A stretch of 64,000 nt of DNA from Candidatus Desulfatibia profunda (GCA_014382665.1 JACNJH010000134.1:21103-85102); one strand, 5' to 3'. Counted from the stretch's first letter, positions 35,385 to 46,048 are shown. Numbers and translations: made by a program. Notes: a model not told the origin generated them from the sequence alone.

Positions 35385-37454
35385 ATGGAAACGGCGTTGA
35401 TCTCTCCTGCCAAGGCAACGGTTCTGGGAATTCCTACGGCCATTTTTTCTTTATTGATTCCGCTGGTCGGAGCCGGGATTTTTGCTTACATCATTGCCAT
35501 GCGGCTAAAACCCCTTGTTCTGGCTGCGCCGGATTCAAGGCTTGATCGTTTGGCGGATCGATTGTTGAACATGTTCAAATACGCGATCGGGCAGTACCGG
35601 CATCCCCGCTACCTGGATGCCGGCATCATTCATATTTTATTGTTTGCCGGTTTCATCATCCTGTCACTAAGATCAATTACGCTCGTGCTGCTTGGAATTT
35701 CAGAAGGTTATGTATTGCCGGGCTTTGGCGGGTCCGTTGGAACTGTTTACGGTATTCTCAAGGATTGTGCCGGAACCTGGGTCCTGGCCGTCTGTTTGAT
35801 TGCCATGGTCCGCCGGGGGGTTTTTAAACCCGAGCGCTACGCGGTGCCGGCAAAGTACGGCAAGGAACATACCTGGGAAGCCCTATTGGTACTGTTGCTG
35901 ATTACCGGTCTTGTTACCTGTGATATGATTTTTGAAGGCAGCCAGGTTGCGGCTCAGATTCAAAAAGGATTACAGACCGGTATTCTCATTCCAGGCACCG
36001 GAACCTGGTTTGCAGCCAATGTTTTGAGTCATTCAGCGCTTGGCAAGCTCCAGAGCCTGCATCTGGGGGCTTATTTTTTGCATGAGCTGATCTTTTTCTT
36101 TTTTTTGTGTTTTCTGCCGCTTGGCAAGCATTTTCATGTGATTACGTCGTTGCCGAATGTGTTTGTAATGAAACTGAAAAAAGGTGCCATAAAGCCGGTG
36201 CAATGGGGTGTTGGTGACGATCAGCTTGACGATCTCGAGTCCTTTGGGGTTAAAAAATTCGAAGATTTCACCTGGAAGCACATGCTCGATTTTTATGCTT
36301 GTGTCGATTGCGGACGCTGTTCGGATAATTGCCCGGCCAACGCCGTGGGACGTCCGCTCTCCCCCCGTTTTATTTCGATCAAGTGCCGGAACTATGCTTT
36401 CAAGAAATATCCGCTTTACGGCAAGGCCGTCAATGGCCGCCCGTTGATCGGTAATGTACTCGCAGAAGATGAGATTTGGTCGTGTACCACCTGCGGGGCC
36501 TGTGAGGAAGAATGTCCGCTCCTGATAGAATACATTGACAAGATTGTCGACGTCAGAAGAGGTATGGTAGATGACGGCATCGTGCCGCAGTCTTTGCAAA
36601 AACCGCTGGGAGCGCTTGAAAAACGCGGCAATCCTTACGGCAAGATCGAAAAAAAACGGGCCGACTGGGCCAAAGATTTGCCTGAAGAATGTAAGGTAAA
36701 GATACTGGACAAGAACGAAACCGCCGATACGCTTTATTTTGTTGACAGCATTACCTGCTATGATGACAGGATCCAAAAAATCGGCAGGGCTACAGCCCGT
36801 GTGCTTTCAAGTTTAAGGATCGATTTCGGCATTTTGGGACCGGCTGAAAGGGACAGCGGCCACGAGGTCAGACGCTTCGGCGAGGAGATGCTTTTTCAAG
36901 AATTAAGGGACCGAAACACCCAAGAGATCATCAACTCCGGTGTTCAACGTATTGTCACGGCAGATCCCCACGCTTTTAATGCCTTGAAGAATGACTATAA
37001 CGGCCTGCCGCCGGTGGAGCACATCTGTCAGGTGGTGGCCAGAGGGATAAAGGGAGGGAAATTTCGTTTAAAGGGTGAAGATACCGGCAAGATCCATGTC
37101 TATCATGACCCCTGCTATCTGGGGCGGCATAACGGCCTTTATGATGTTCCCAGAGAGGTTATTGACGCCATTCCGAATTTAAAAAGGGTCGAAATGACCA
37201 AGTGCCGTGACCGCTCGTTTTGTTGTGGCGGCGGGGGACTGATGCTTTTTTATGAGCCGGTCGAGGAGACCCGCATGGGCAGACTTAGGGTGGAGATGGC
37301 CCAAAAGGCCGGCGCCGACGTGATCGTTACGGCCTGTCCGTTTTGCATGGTCAATATTGAGGATGCCATCAAGACCAGCGGCCTGGAAGGAAAAATGGAG
37401 GCCATCGATCTTGTTGAACTGATCGAGCGATACATGCTACAGAATATAAGATAA
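35385..37454 (+). CDS. Membrane-bound Fe-S oxidoreductase (cytochrome-b-like TM domain + 2x[4Fe-4S] + CCG domains), the ETF-linked quinone reductase type
   Basis: N-terminal polytopic domain, CVDCGRCSDNCP and CTTCGACEEECP ferredoxin motifs, and a C-terminal CCG motif (SFCCGGGG). It lies immediately upstream of etfBA. Confidence 0.8.
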   Translation: METALISPAKATVLGIPTAIFSLLIPLVGAGIFAYIIAMRLKPLVLAAPDSRLDRLADRLLNMFKYAIGQYRHPRYLDAGIIHILLFAGFIILSLRSITLVLLGISEGYVLPGFGGSVGTVYGILKDCAGTWVLAVCLIAMVRRGVFKPERYAVPAKYGKEHTWEALLVLLLITGLVTCDMIFEGSQVAAQIQKGLQTGILIPGTGTWFAANVLSHSALGKLQSLHLGAYFLHELIFFFFLCFLPLGKHFHVITSLPNVFVMKLKKGAIKPVQWGVGDDQLDDLESFGVKKFEDFTWKHMLDFYACVDCGRCSDNCPANAVGRPLSPRFISIKCRNYAFKKYPLYGKAVNGRPLIGNVLAEDEIWSCTTCGACEEECPLLIEYIDKIVDVRRGMVDDGIVPQSLQKPLGALEKRGNPYGKIEKKRADWAKDLPEECKVKILDKNETADTLYFVDSITCYDDRIQKIGRATARVLSSLRIDFGILGPAERDSGHEVRRFGEEMLFQELRDRNTQEIINSGVQRIVTADPHAFNALKNDYNGLPPVEHICQVVARGIKGGKFRLKGEDTGKIHVYHDPCYLGRHNGLYDVPREVIDAIPNLKRVEMTKCRDRSFCCGGGGLMLFYEPVEETRMGRLRVEMAQKAGADVIVTACPFCMVNIEDAIKTSGLEGKMEAIDLVELIERYMLQNIR

Positions 37455-37478
37455 CCAACGACAGTCGGGAGGAGGAAC

Positions 37479-38270
37479 ATGGAAATTCTGGTATGTGTCA
37501 AGAGGGTTCCGGATGCGTCGGAAAATGAGATCGAGATTAACAGAGACGGTAGCGACATTGAACGGGACGACCTGGTCTACTCCGTTAACGAATGGGACAA
37601 TTATGCCGTGGAGGAAGCCATTCGCATCCGTGACAACGTCGGCGGGTCCGTTACCATCGTTTCCGTAGGAGACGAGGATGCCGAAGAAGTCATACGAAGA
37701 GAGATGGCCATGGGTGCCGATAAAGGTATCCGGCTGTCGGACGATGCCTTTGAGGGCTCTGACGGCAGAGGCATCGCCGCTATTTTAAAAGCAGAAGTTG
37801 AGAAAGGCGATTACGATTTGATTCTGACCGGCGCTCAGGCCGATGACGGGGCCGGCCAGGTGGGGGGCATGCTGGCGGCGATGCTCGATCGGCCCTATGC
37901 TTCTTTGGTCAACCATCTTGAAATCATTGATGACAAAAAGATCAAGGTCGGGCGCGAGATCGCCGGCGGAAATCAGGAAATGAACGAGATCGATCGGCCC
38001 TGTGTCCTTTCGATCCAGACCGGCATCAATGAGCCGCGCTATGTGGGTATTCGCGGCATCAGAAAAGTCGCTTCGGTCCAGATCCCGATTCATGGCGCCG
38101 GTGATCTCGGGATCGCCCCTGAATCCGTGGGCGCTGTTGGCGCCAAGCTAAAACGTCTGGATTATTTTGTCCCTGAATCGGGAGAAGGCGCTGAGATCCT
38201 GAAAGGCGGTACCGACGAAATCATCGCCAAACTGATTGAACTTTTGAAGGCCAAAGGAGGGATTAAATAA
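37479..38270 (+). CDS. etfB: Electron transfer flavoprotein beta subunit
   Basis: MEILVCVKRVPD...NEWDNYAVEEA... is typical of EtfB. 263 aa. Confidence 0.93.
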   Translation: MEILVCVKRVPDASENEIEINRDGSDIERDDLVYSVNEWDNYAVEEAIRIRDNVGGSVTIVSVGDEDAEEVIRREMAMGADKGIRLSDDAFEGSDGRGIAAILKAEVEKGDYDLILTGAQADDGAGQVGGMLAAMLDRPYASLVNHLEIIDDKKIKVGREIAGGNQEMNEIDRPCVLSIQTGINEPRYVGIRGIRKVASVQIPIHGAGDLGIAPESVGAVGAKLKRLDYFVPESGEGAEILKGGTDEIIAKLIELLKAKGGIK

Positions 38271-39256
38271 TGACCCCACCGGTTTTTGCATATATACTTC
38301 ACAAGGATGGTGTTACCGACGACACGGCCCTTGAGATGATGGCAGCGGCCCAAAAACTGAATCCTGAAGCCTCGATTGGTGCAATTGTAGCAGGTTCGGG
38401 AGCAGAGCTTGAGGCGGTCTGCCAAGACGTTGCCGCTTCGTATGCGCAAGTCTGGAAAATCAATAACGAGGCCCTGGCATATATCAATGCAGAGGTGTTG
38501 CGGGGCATGCTCGTGCGCATCCTGCCCCAAGGGTGTATCGTGCTCATTCCGTATGAACATTTTGGAATGGATCTGGCTCCCGGTCTTTCCATAAAACTTA
38601 ATGTCGCCTATCTTCCGGATGCCGTCGGTTTCGAAGGTGTCGAGAACGGCAAGCTCAAAGCCATCCGCGAGGAGTATAGCGGTCAGGTCAGCACCCATGT
38701 GCTTTGTGATGTTTCCAAAGGGGCTGTGATAACCGTCCGTCCGGGATCGTTTGCGCCGGATGAAAGCAAAGGTGCTGACGGCCAGGTGATTGACAAAACC
38801 GCCGAAGCCATGGAAGGCGGCCTGCCGGGTGTCGGTCGCCGTTACCTGGAAGTTGTCGCGGCCGAGGTCGGCGACGTTGATATTACCAAGTCTGACATTC
38901 TGGTTTCGGTTGGGCGCGGGATCGAAGATCAGGATAACCTTGAGATGGTCTTTGACCTGGCCAAAGCCATGGGCGCTGAAGTATCCTGTTCCCGCCCGAT
39001 CGTGGATGCCAAATGGTTGGAAAAGGCACGCCAGGTCGGAACGTCAGGCAAGACGGTAAAGCCGAAAGTCTATATGGCTCTGGGGATCAGCGGATCATTC
39101 CAGCATATCGGCGGGATCAAAGGTTCTCCGTTTATCGTAGCGGTCAACAAAAACTCCAGGGCTCCCATTTTTCAGATAGCGGACGTGGGGGTTGTGGCCG
39201 ATATCCTCGATTTCGTCCCGGAACTGACCGATAAAATCAATGAAATGAAAGGATAA
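38270..39256 (+). CDS. etfA: Electron transfer flavoprotein alpha subunit
   Basis: C-terminal FAD-binding region VSVGRGI...SRPIVDAKWL...QVGTSGKTVKPKVYMALGISGSFQH. The start overlaps the etfB stop. Confidence 0.93.
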   Translation: MTPPVFAYILHKDGVTDDTALEMMAAAQKLNPEASIGAIVAGSGAELEAVCQDVAASYAQVWKINNEALAYINAEVLRGMLVRILPQGCIVLIPYEHFGMDLAPGLSIKLNVAYLPDAVGFEGVENGKLKAIREEYSGQVSTHVLCDVSKGAVITVRPGSFAPDESKGADGQVIDKTAEAMEGGLPGVGRRYLEVVAAEVGDVDITKSDILVSVGRGIEDQDNLEMVFDLAKAMGAEVSCSRPIVDAKWLEKARQVGTSGKTVKPKVYMALGISGSFQHIGGIKGSPFIVAVNKNSRAPIFQIADVGVVADILDFVPELTDKINEMKG

Positions 39257-39350
39257 ATACCTGATCCAAATGAGCAGCCCGGCGTTTGGGGCGGTCACGT
39301 CTAAAACCGCAGACATGCGTGCCTATAGCCTTAAATAAATAGGAATAAAA

Positions 39351-40922
39351 ATGATAACACTATTGGATTACGGCGCCGGCAATGTTAGAAGCGTCATCAA
39401 TGCAATTGAAAGTTTGGGGGAGAACGTAAAGGTTGTCTCTGGTATCGATGACATCCTGTCTGCAGAGAAGCTGATTTTTCCGGGAGTAGGCAATTTCGGG
39501 AGCATGATGCGGATCCTGTATCAAAAAAAATATGTCGGTGCCCTGAAAGATTACCTGCTCGCGGACAGACCGTTTCTGGGCATTTGCCTGGGTCTGCATG
39601 CATTGTTCAAAAAAAGTGCGGAAGCCCCTGATATAAACGGATTGGGTGTGCTGCCGGGGGATGTCAAACGGTTCGATATCGATCTTGCCGTCCCGCATAT
39701 CGGCTGGAACGGCATTAACATCAAAAAGGCGTCTCGGATATTCAACGGGCTGCGAGGTGATGAAAAATTCTATTTTGTACATTCTTTTCACGTTGTCCCG
39801 CAGGACGACTCGGCTGTTTTAACAACAACCAATTACGGCATGGAATTTGTCAGCAGCATCCAAAAGGGGAATATCACGGCGACCCAATTCCATCCTGAAA
39901 AGAGCGGCGAGGCCGGGATAACGCTTTTAAAGAATTTTCTCAAGCCCGGCCATGAAAAAAAGACGCCTTTGCATGTTTCGAAAACAACCCGCCTGGCCAA
40001 AAGAATCGTTGCCTGCCTGGATGTCAGATCAAACGATCAGGGAGATCTTGTGGTTACCAAAGGGGATCAATATGATGTTAGGGAAAACGGGGCTGTCAGA
40101 AACCTCGGCAAACCGGTTGAACTCGCCGGGAGGTATTATCAAGAAGGCGCTGATGAGATTACCTTCCTCAATATTACAGGGTTCAGAGATTTTCCCTTAG
40201 AAGATATGCCGATGATTGACGTATTAAAACAAACTTCCATGAACGTTTTTGTTCCGCTGACCATAGGGGGAGGGATTAGAGATTATATTGATAAAGACGG
40301 CCGGAAATATACTGCTTTGGAAGTTGCGGCCGAATATTTCAGGTCGGGTGCCGACAAAATTTCCATCGGTAGTGATGCCGTCTTGATTGCCGAAGAGTAT
40401 CTGCGAACCGGCCTAAAAACCGGCAGAAGCTCCATTGAGCGGATATCCGCAGTTTACGGCGCCCAGGCGGTGGTTATCTCCATCGATCCCAGAAGGGTCT
40501 ATGTAGCGTCACCGGACCAGGTCCATCATCAGGTGATAAAAACAGAACAAAAAGGACCCAATGGTGAAGCATATTGTTGGTACCAGTGTACCATTAAGGG
40601 CGGCAGAGAGGGCCGAGACCTGGATGCCATCACGCTTGCCCAAGCCTGCGAAACGTTGGGCGCCGGCGAAATACTTTTAAATTGTATAGACAGGGATGGG
40701 ACCAAATCCGGCTACGATATCGAATTAATCAATTCTGTTAAGAATGCCGTCACAATTCCTGTAATCGCATCAAGCGGTGCCGGCTGCGTTGAACATTTTT
40801 ACGAAGTATTTACAAAAACCGAAGCGGAATCCGCGCTGGGCGCCGGCATATTCCACCGCAAGGAAGTTGCCATCGCCGCCGTAAAACATTATCTAAACGG
40901 CAAGGTTGAAATCCGGTTATAA
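39351..40922 (+). CDS. hisHF: Fused imidazole glycerol phosphate synthase (HisH glutaminase + HisF cyclase in one polypeptide)
   Basis: The N-terminal half has HisH motifs (GVGNFG, catalytic Cys in [15 protein letters not shown]). The C-terminal half is HisF with the extra segments seen in fused HIS7-type enzymes ([22 protein letters not shown]...). Confidence 0.9.
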   Translation: MITLLDYGAGNVRSVINAIESLGENVKVVSGIDDILSAEKLIFPGVGNFGSMMRILYQKKYVGALKDYLLADRPFLGICLGLHALFKKSAEAPDINGLGVLPGDVKRFDIDLAVPHIGWNGINIKKASRIFNGLRGDEKFYFVHSFHVVPQDDSAVLTTTNYGMEFVSSIQKGNITATQFHPEKSGEAGITLLKNFLKPGHEKKTPLHVSKTTRLAKRIVACLDVRSNDQGDLVVTKGDQYDVRENGAVRNLGKPVELAGRYYQEGADEITFLNITGFRDFPLEDMPMIDVLKQTSMNVFVPLTIGGGIRDYIDKDGRKYTALEVAAEYFRSGADKISIGSDAVLIAEEYLRTGLKTGRSSIERISAVYGAQAVVISIDPRRVYVASPDQVHHQVIKTEQKGPNGEAYCWYQCTIKGGREGRDLDAITLAQACETLGAGEILLNCIDRDGTKSGYDIELINSVKNAVTIPVIASSGAGCVEHFYEVFTKTEAESALGAGIFHRKEVAIAAVKHYLNGKVEIRL

Positions 40923-40946
40923 AGAGCGATATCAACCAATTGAACC

Positions 40947-40989
40947 TTGATGGTTTCGTAAAAAATTTCCTTTTTACGAAACCATCAAC
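40947..40989. terminator. Perfect ~19-bp hairpin between convergent hisHF and the NtrC-type regulator gene (TTGATGGTTTCGTAAAAA / TTTTTACGAAACCATCAA)
   Basis: The inverted repeat was read directly. A/T runs on both sides suit bidirectional termination. It is flanked by the direct repeat AACCTTGAT. The left arm shares TGATGGTTTCGTAA with 58749-58762. Confidence 0.6.
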
Positions 40990-41018
40990 CTTGATAGCCC
41001 AAGTCCGGGACCATTTCG

Positions 41019-42389
41019 CTAAGGTTCTTGCGGCTCGAGCCCATATCGCTTCATTTTCCGCCAGAGCGAAACCCGGTCGATGTCCATAATTTTTGCCGCC
41101 TTGGTCTTGTTTCCATCGCACTTGGTGAGTACCCATTTGATGTAATTTTTCTCTTGCTCCTCCAGGGTGGGAACCTCGCAAGAACGCTGACGGTATGTCT
41201 CAATAGACAGATTACGGATATATTCCGGAAGATCATCCACGCGGATGCAGGGACCGTTCTCCAGCGCCACAGCTCTCTCGATGACGTTTTCCAGTTCCCT
41301 GACATTGCCGGGCCAGCCATATTGACACAGTAACTCCATACATTCCCTGTCAATATCGTGAATTTCCTTCTTCATGGCCTGGCTTTTCTGGGCCAGAAAA
41401 TGAAGGGCCAGCAACGGAATATCTCCCCCCCGATCCGTTAAGGGCGGCGAATGAATGGTGATCACATTGAGGCGGTAATACAGATCCTGGCGAAAATGCC
41501 CTTTTTCCACATCCTCCTTGAGATCGCGATGCGTGGCAGCGATAAAGCGGACATCCACAGGAACCGGACTCTCTCCGCCAACCGGCAAAACCTCCTTTTC
41601 CTGAATGACGCGCAGCAGTTTGATCTGCATGCTCAAGGGCATATCACCGATTTCATCCAAAAAAACGGTGCCGCCGTCGGCCACTTTGATCAGGCCGGCT
41701 TTGGCTTTGGTGGCGCCGGTAAATGCATCCTTTTCATGCCCGAAAAGCTCATTGGCCATGAGTTCTTCGGTAAAAGAGCCGCAATTAAAGGCGATAAACC
41801 GTTTATCGGAACGGGGGCTTAAGTTATGGATCGCCCGGGCCACCAGTTCCTTGCCGGTTCCGCTTTCACCCAGTATCAAAACGTTGATGTCCGCAGGCGC
41901 GATCTGGCGGATGGTTTTCTGGACGTTCACCATCGCCTCGCTTTTGCCGACGATAAAAGGGATCTGCTGGTGCTGTGAGAGTGTTTCTCTGAGTGCCAGA
42001 TTTTCCACCTGGAGCCTGCGCTTTAAAAGCGCTTCCTGGGCAATTTTGCGGACCTCGTCGATTTTGTAAGGTTTGGCAATATAGTAATAGGCGCCTTCCC
42101 GCATGGCCTGTACGGATGAATCCACGGTGGCATATCCGGTGATCATGATCACCTCGGTGTACGGTTGAAGTTCCCTGGTTTTCCGTAAGACCTGCATCCC
42201 ATCCACGTGCTCCATTTTAAGATCCGTGATGACCAGGTCGAAACTTTGTGAGTTCAGCAGATCAAGGGCCTTTACCCCGCTGTCCACCGCAATGATGTCA
42301 TATCCTTCTTTTTTCAGGATATGTTCCAGATTTTTGCGGGAAATTTCCTCGTCTTCCACAACAAGCAATTTTTCTTTAGCAGATTTCAA
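41019..42389 (-). CDS. Sigma-54-dependent response regulator (REC + AAA+ + Fis-type HTH), NtrC family
   Basis: REC (LVITDLKM), Walker A GESGTGKE, GAFTGA motif, and a C-terminal HTH (NKTKAAKIMDIDRVSLWRKMKRYG). Confidence 0.93.
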   Translation of the reverse strand: MKSAKEKLLVVEDEEISRKNLEHILKKEGYDIIAVDSGVKALDLLNSQSFDLVITDLKMEHVDGMQVLRKTRELQPYTEVIMITGYATVDSSVQAMREGAYYYIAKPYKIDEVRKIAQEALLKRRLQVENLALRETLSQHQQIPFIVGKSEAMVNVQKTIRQIAPADINVLILGESGTGKELVARAIHNLSPRSDKRFIAFNCGSFTEELMANELFGHEKDAFTGATKAKAGLIKVADGGTVFLDEIGDMPLSMQIKLLRVIQEKEVLPVGGESPVPVDVRFIAATHRDLKEDVEKGHFRQDLYYRLNVITIHSPPLTDRGGDIPLLALHFLAQKSQAMKKEIHDIDRECMELLCQYGWPGNVRELENVIERAVALENGPCIRVDDLPEYIRNLSIETYRQRSCEVPTLEEQEKNYIKWVLTKCDGNKTKAAKIMDIDRVSLWRKMKRYGLEPQEP

Positions 42390-42494
42390 TACTTTCCCCT
42401 TAGGTCTGAAATTGCCTAATGATCAGGCCATGAAGAAGCAACGATGTGCCTTTATTTTTTGGCTGAGGATCCAAAAACAAAAAAACAGGAACGT

Positions 42495-43922
42495 TTAAAG
42501 TATATTTGACGATTGACCACCGGTAGGCAAAAAAACCGTAAACGTAGCACCTTCTCCTTCCTCACTGGTGACTTTTATCCAGCCGCCGTGTTGTTCAATA
42601 ATGCCGTATACAATCGAAAGCCCCAATCCCGAGCCTTTGCCGACATCTTTTGTGGAAAAAAAGGGGTCGAATATCCGTGTAATATTTTCTTTGGCAATAC
42701 CGCAGCCGGTATCCTGAACCTCAAAAGAAAACTCTTGTTGATTCTCTTCCTTTGAAGCTGTAATTTTCAGGGTCCCCTCATCTCCCACCGCCTGGAGCGC
42801 ATTCAGGATGAGATTGATCAGAACCCGTTGAATCCGATCAGGATCAAGATTCGCCTGAATATCCGCCGGTACATCCAATTCAAGTTTGACATTTGCCGGT
42901 AATTCCCTTTTGATCGATTTAACGGCTTCATCGACCAGGTCAATAAAATTGACCGTTTTCACCTTGAGAGTCCGTTCCCGGGAAAATTCCAGCAGCGCTT
43001 TGACAATATTCCTGGCGCGATCCACCTGTTTTTCGGCACCAATCAAGAGCTCCTTTTGATATTCTGGATCACCTTGCCCAAATTCTTCCAGCAGGATTTG
43101 GACGGACGTGGAAATATTATTGAGCGGGTTGTTCAATTCATGGGCCACTCCGGAGGTTAATCTCCCTAAAGAAGCCAGTTTTTTGGCCTGAATGAGTTCT
43201 TCGCTCCGTTTATTCAGTTCCTTGATCATATTGTTCAGGCTGATGACCAGAGATTCGAATTCGTCGCCCGTGGCTATTTCGGGTATGTTCTTAAAATCAC
43301 CCGTGGCTATTTTGGCAATGGCATCCTCAATCATTTTTAAGGGGCGATTGACGTTGAAAATTAAAAAAAGAGCCACCAGACCGGAGAGAATAACGATGGG
43401 CACCAGGGCGATAAGATGAATCGTTTTGGATTTGGCTGTAAGATCTCGAGTAACTTGACCTTCTTTTGCTAAAATATTCTCCAGTTCGGTTGTAAGCTTG
43501 CGCCCCTGCAACTGAATTAGAGAAATTTTTGCCGGGGGGATCAATAACGTGCCGTTTTGATGCAATTGCAAAAGTTCTGAAAGCGATTTTTTATATGCCC
43601 TCAGCTCGGTCAGCCGCTCAGGGAGATTTTTGGTCAGGGTAAATTTTCCGTATTCTGAAGTGATGTTTAATAAGATATCTTCGGCTGTATTAATATAAAC
43701 AAGGGCCTGGTCGATATTCTCTTTGTCCAATGTTAAAAAAAAGTTCTTTTCATAGCGGCGGGCCTCCAGGATGGTGTTAAAAAGATTGTTTTTCCTTTCT
43801 ATGATTTGGAGTTTTTGATGAAGAACGTACTGGCTGTGATAACTCCGCAGCCATATGAGTCCGCTGATCCCTATAAAAATCGCGAATGCTAAAAAAATCT
43901 TTTGCCTGATACTGATCTTCAT
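42495..43922 (-). CDS. Sensor histidine kinase (2 TM + HAMP + HisKA + HATPase)
   Basis: H-box SGVAHELNNPLN and the G-boxes DTGCGI and GSGLGLSIV. The start is probably MKISIRQK at 43922; the ORF is open back to 43955. Confidence 0.88.
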   Translation of the reverse strand: MKISIRQKIFLAFAIFIGISGLIWLRSYHSQYVLHQKLQIIERKNNLFNTILEARRYEKNFFLTLDKENIDQALVYINTAEDILLNITSEYGKFTLTKNLPERLTELRAYKKSLSELLQLHQNGTLLIPPAKISLIQLQGRKLTTELENILAKEGQVTRDLTAKSKTIHLIALVPIVILSGLVALFLIFNVNRPLKMIEDAIAKIATGDFKNIPEIATGDEFESLVISLNNMIKELNKRSEELIQAKKLASLGRLTSGVAHELNNPLNNISTSVQILLEEFGQGDPEYQKELLIGAEKQVDRARNIVKALLEFSRERTLKVKTVNFIDLVDEAVKSIKRELPANVKLELDVPADIQANLDPDRIQRVLINLILNALQAVGDEGTLKITASKEENQQEFSFEVQDTGCGIAKENITRIFDPFFSTKDVGKGSGLGLSIVYGIIEQHGGWIKVTSEEGEGATFTVFLPTGGQSSNIL

Positions 43923-44109
43923 GCTGGTTAACACCCCCTGATCGGCACAGCTCACCCGCTGTTGACGCCGGCCTGAAGCTCCTGGTGCGGCCGTCAGGAA
44001 TAATAAGGAAGATCAACATGACATGTTACGTCTTTTACACCGGAAATTTTCCGTGCAATTTCCTGGCCGTGGCTGAAGCATCCCCGTGAAATCGTAATAA
44101 TTGCCATAG

Positions 44110-45924
44110 TTATTGGATTCCATAGAAGAAATAGAGAATGGTAAGCTCCACCGTTAAAAAGAGGACGGTCATAAAAGCGCCTGCTTTGGCGTAATCCACC
44201 GTGCGATAGCCGCCCGGTCGCATGACCAGGGCATTGACCTGGTGCGTCGGCAGCACGAACGTATTGGAGGCCGACAATCCCACGACCAGAGCGGCCATAC
44301 GGGGATCTCCGCCGGCCATGACCGCCATGTTCATGCACAGAGGAACCAAAAGAACCGTGGCACCGACATTGGAAATCACCAGGGTGAAAAAGGAAGTCAG
44401 GATGCCGACCGCGGCCAGCAGCACAATCGGAGAAGGCTGGCCCAGGAAGCCCAAGATCGTTTTGGCAATAAAAGCCGCCGTTCCGGTTTTTTCAAAGGCC
44501 ATTCCCAGGGGAATCAGACCGGCCAGCAGGAACACGGTCATCCAGTCCACGGAGTAGTAGGCCTCATCAATGGTAAGCACCCCGGTGATGATCATCCCCA
44601 GGGCCCCCGACATCAGTGCCACCGAAAGCTGAACCTTGAAAATTAAAATCTGCAACAATGATACCGCCAGCCAGGCTATGGCCAGCTTGGCTTTTTCGGG
44701 GCGCAAGATTTCACCTTCCAGGGCCGTGGCAAAGGATAATGCCCGCGGTTGCGGCTTGTTTCTTAAAATATGGAACTTTTCCCAGGGACCGTGAAGCAGC
44801 AGGGTGTCGCCCATTTTCAGCCGGATATGGGTAAGTCCGCTGTAAAAAATCTTGTTGCCGGTGAACAGCGCTACCGGATTTACGCCGTAAAGCTCCTTAA
44901 AATTAGCTTCGCTAATGGTTTTGCCGATCAATTCAGACCTCGGCGAAACAACCGTTTCCGCCATGCCGGCGTTGGTCATGGCCAGGCTATCGGCAAATCC
45001 TTCCAGAGCGGGCTTGACCTGCCAGCCGTATTCTTCGGCCAGTTTGTGAACCCTTCCGGTTTTACCGACCACGGCAAGGTCATCGCCGGCTGAAATTTTA
45101 TCGGTACTGCGCGGCACGAAATTTTTCTGTTTTTTGGCTGAAAAATTAATGGCGACCACCGTCACCAGGAATTTTGCTCTGATGTCCAGATCTGCCAGGG
45201 TTTTAGGCGTGGCAAAGGTATCGGGAACATGCAGCTCGAAAATATTTTCAAGCCCTTGATATTCCTCCATCAGCATGGCCGTGACGCCTTTATCGGCTTC
45301 GCCCCCGGCGGCCGGCAGGATGTATTTGCCGAAAAAAGTAAAATACAAGATTGCGCTGGAAAGCAGGCAGACTCCGATCGGCGTCTGGGTAAAAAGACCG
45401 AAGGGCTCTAATTTTTTTCCGCCCAAAACCAATAAATCATTCAGCAGAATGGTCGGACTGGCACCCACCAGGGTGATGGTTCCTCCGATAATGGCACAGA
45501 ATCCCATGGGCATGAGAACCCGGGAAACCGGCATCCCCATTCTTTTGGAAATGCGCTGGGCCGCCGGAAGAAACAGCGCCGCCGCCCCGATGTTCTGCAT
45601 CATGCTGGAGATTATTCCGACGGTGCCGGATATAAGTGTAATCACTTTCTTTTCACTGTTTCCGGCCAGCTTGATGATGGGACTGGCCACCTTGTTCATT
45701 ACGCCGGTCTTGTCCAATCCGGCGCCGATGATAATAACGGCAATGATGGAACAGACGGCATTACTGCTCAAGCCCACAAACGCTTCTTTCGGAGTTACCA
45801 GCCCGACCAGCGGCAGTAAAACCATCATCATGATTCCCACCACATCAACCCGTACCCATTCGGAAATAAAAAGAAAAACCGCAAAACTAAGCACGATCAT
45901 GGTCATAATCATCTGAGATGTCAT
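44110..45924 (-). CDS. SLC13/DASS-family anion transporter with two central TrkA-C domains
   Basis: 604 aa polytopic protein. Two TrkA_C-like inserts (…ISAGDDLAVVGKTGRVHKL…, …LKMGDTLLLHGPWEKF…). Confidence 0.88.
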   Translation of the reverse strand: MTSQMIMTMIVLSFAVFLFISEWVRVDVVGIMMMVLLPLVGLVTPKEAFVGLSSNAVCSIIAVIIIGAGLDKTGVMNKVASPIIKLAGNSEKKVITLISGTVGIISSMMQNIGAAALFLPAAQRISKRMGMPVSRVLMPMGFCAIIGGTITLVGASPTILLNDLLVLGGKKLEPFGLFTQTPIGVCLLSSAILYFTFFGKYILPAAGGEADKGVTAMLMEEYQGLENIFELHVPDTFATPKTLADLDIRAKFLVTVVAINFSAKKQKNFVPRSTDKISAGDDLAVVGKTGRVHKLAEEYGWQVKPALEGFADSLAMTNAGMAETVVSPRSELIGKTISEANFKELYGVNPVALFTGNKIFYSGLTHIRLKMGDTLLLHGPWEKFHILRNKPQPRALSFATALEGEILRPEKAKLAIAWLAVSLLQILIFKVQLSVALMSGALGMIITGVLTIDEAYYSVDWMTVFLLAGLIPLGMAFEKTGTAAFIAKTILGFLGQPSPIVLLAAVGILTSFFTLVISNVGATVLLVPLCMNMAVMAGGDPRMAALVVGLSASNTFVLPTHQVNALVMRPGGYRTVDYAKAGAFMTVLFLTVELTILYFFYGIQ

Positions 45925-46048
45925 ATCAGCAATACCCCTTTCTCATCGGTTTCGAATATATCCATCCGCTTGCTATTCATAAACGGTTCAAATCGGAACC
46001 TGACAGGACTCATCCTTTGATTTTTCGTTTAAAGAGGACGCTGCGTTT

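Noticed and set aside
36033-36776. A 247-aa minus-strand ORF inside the Fe-S oxidoreductase gene.
   Set aside because: It is antisense to a CDS with clear ferredoxin and CCG motifs. It has no independent signals.
45275-45916. A 213-aa plus-strand ORF opposite the SLC13 transporter gene.
   Set aside because: It is a shadow ORF of a polytopic membrane protein gene, with no RBS or family resemblance.
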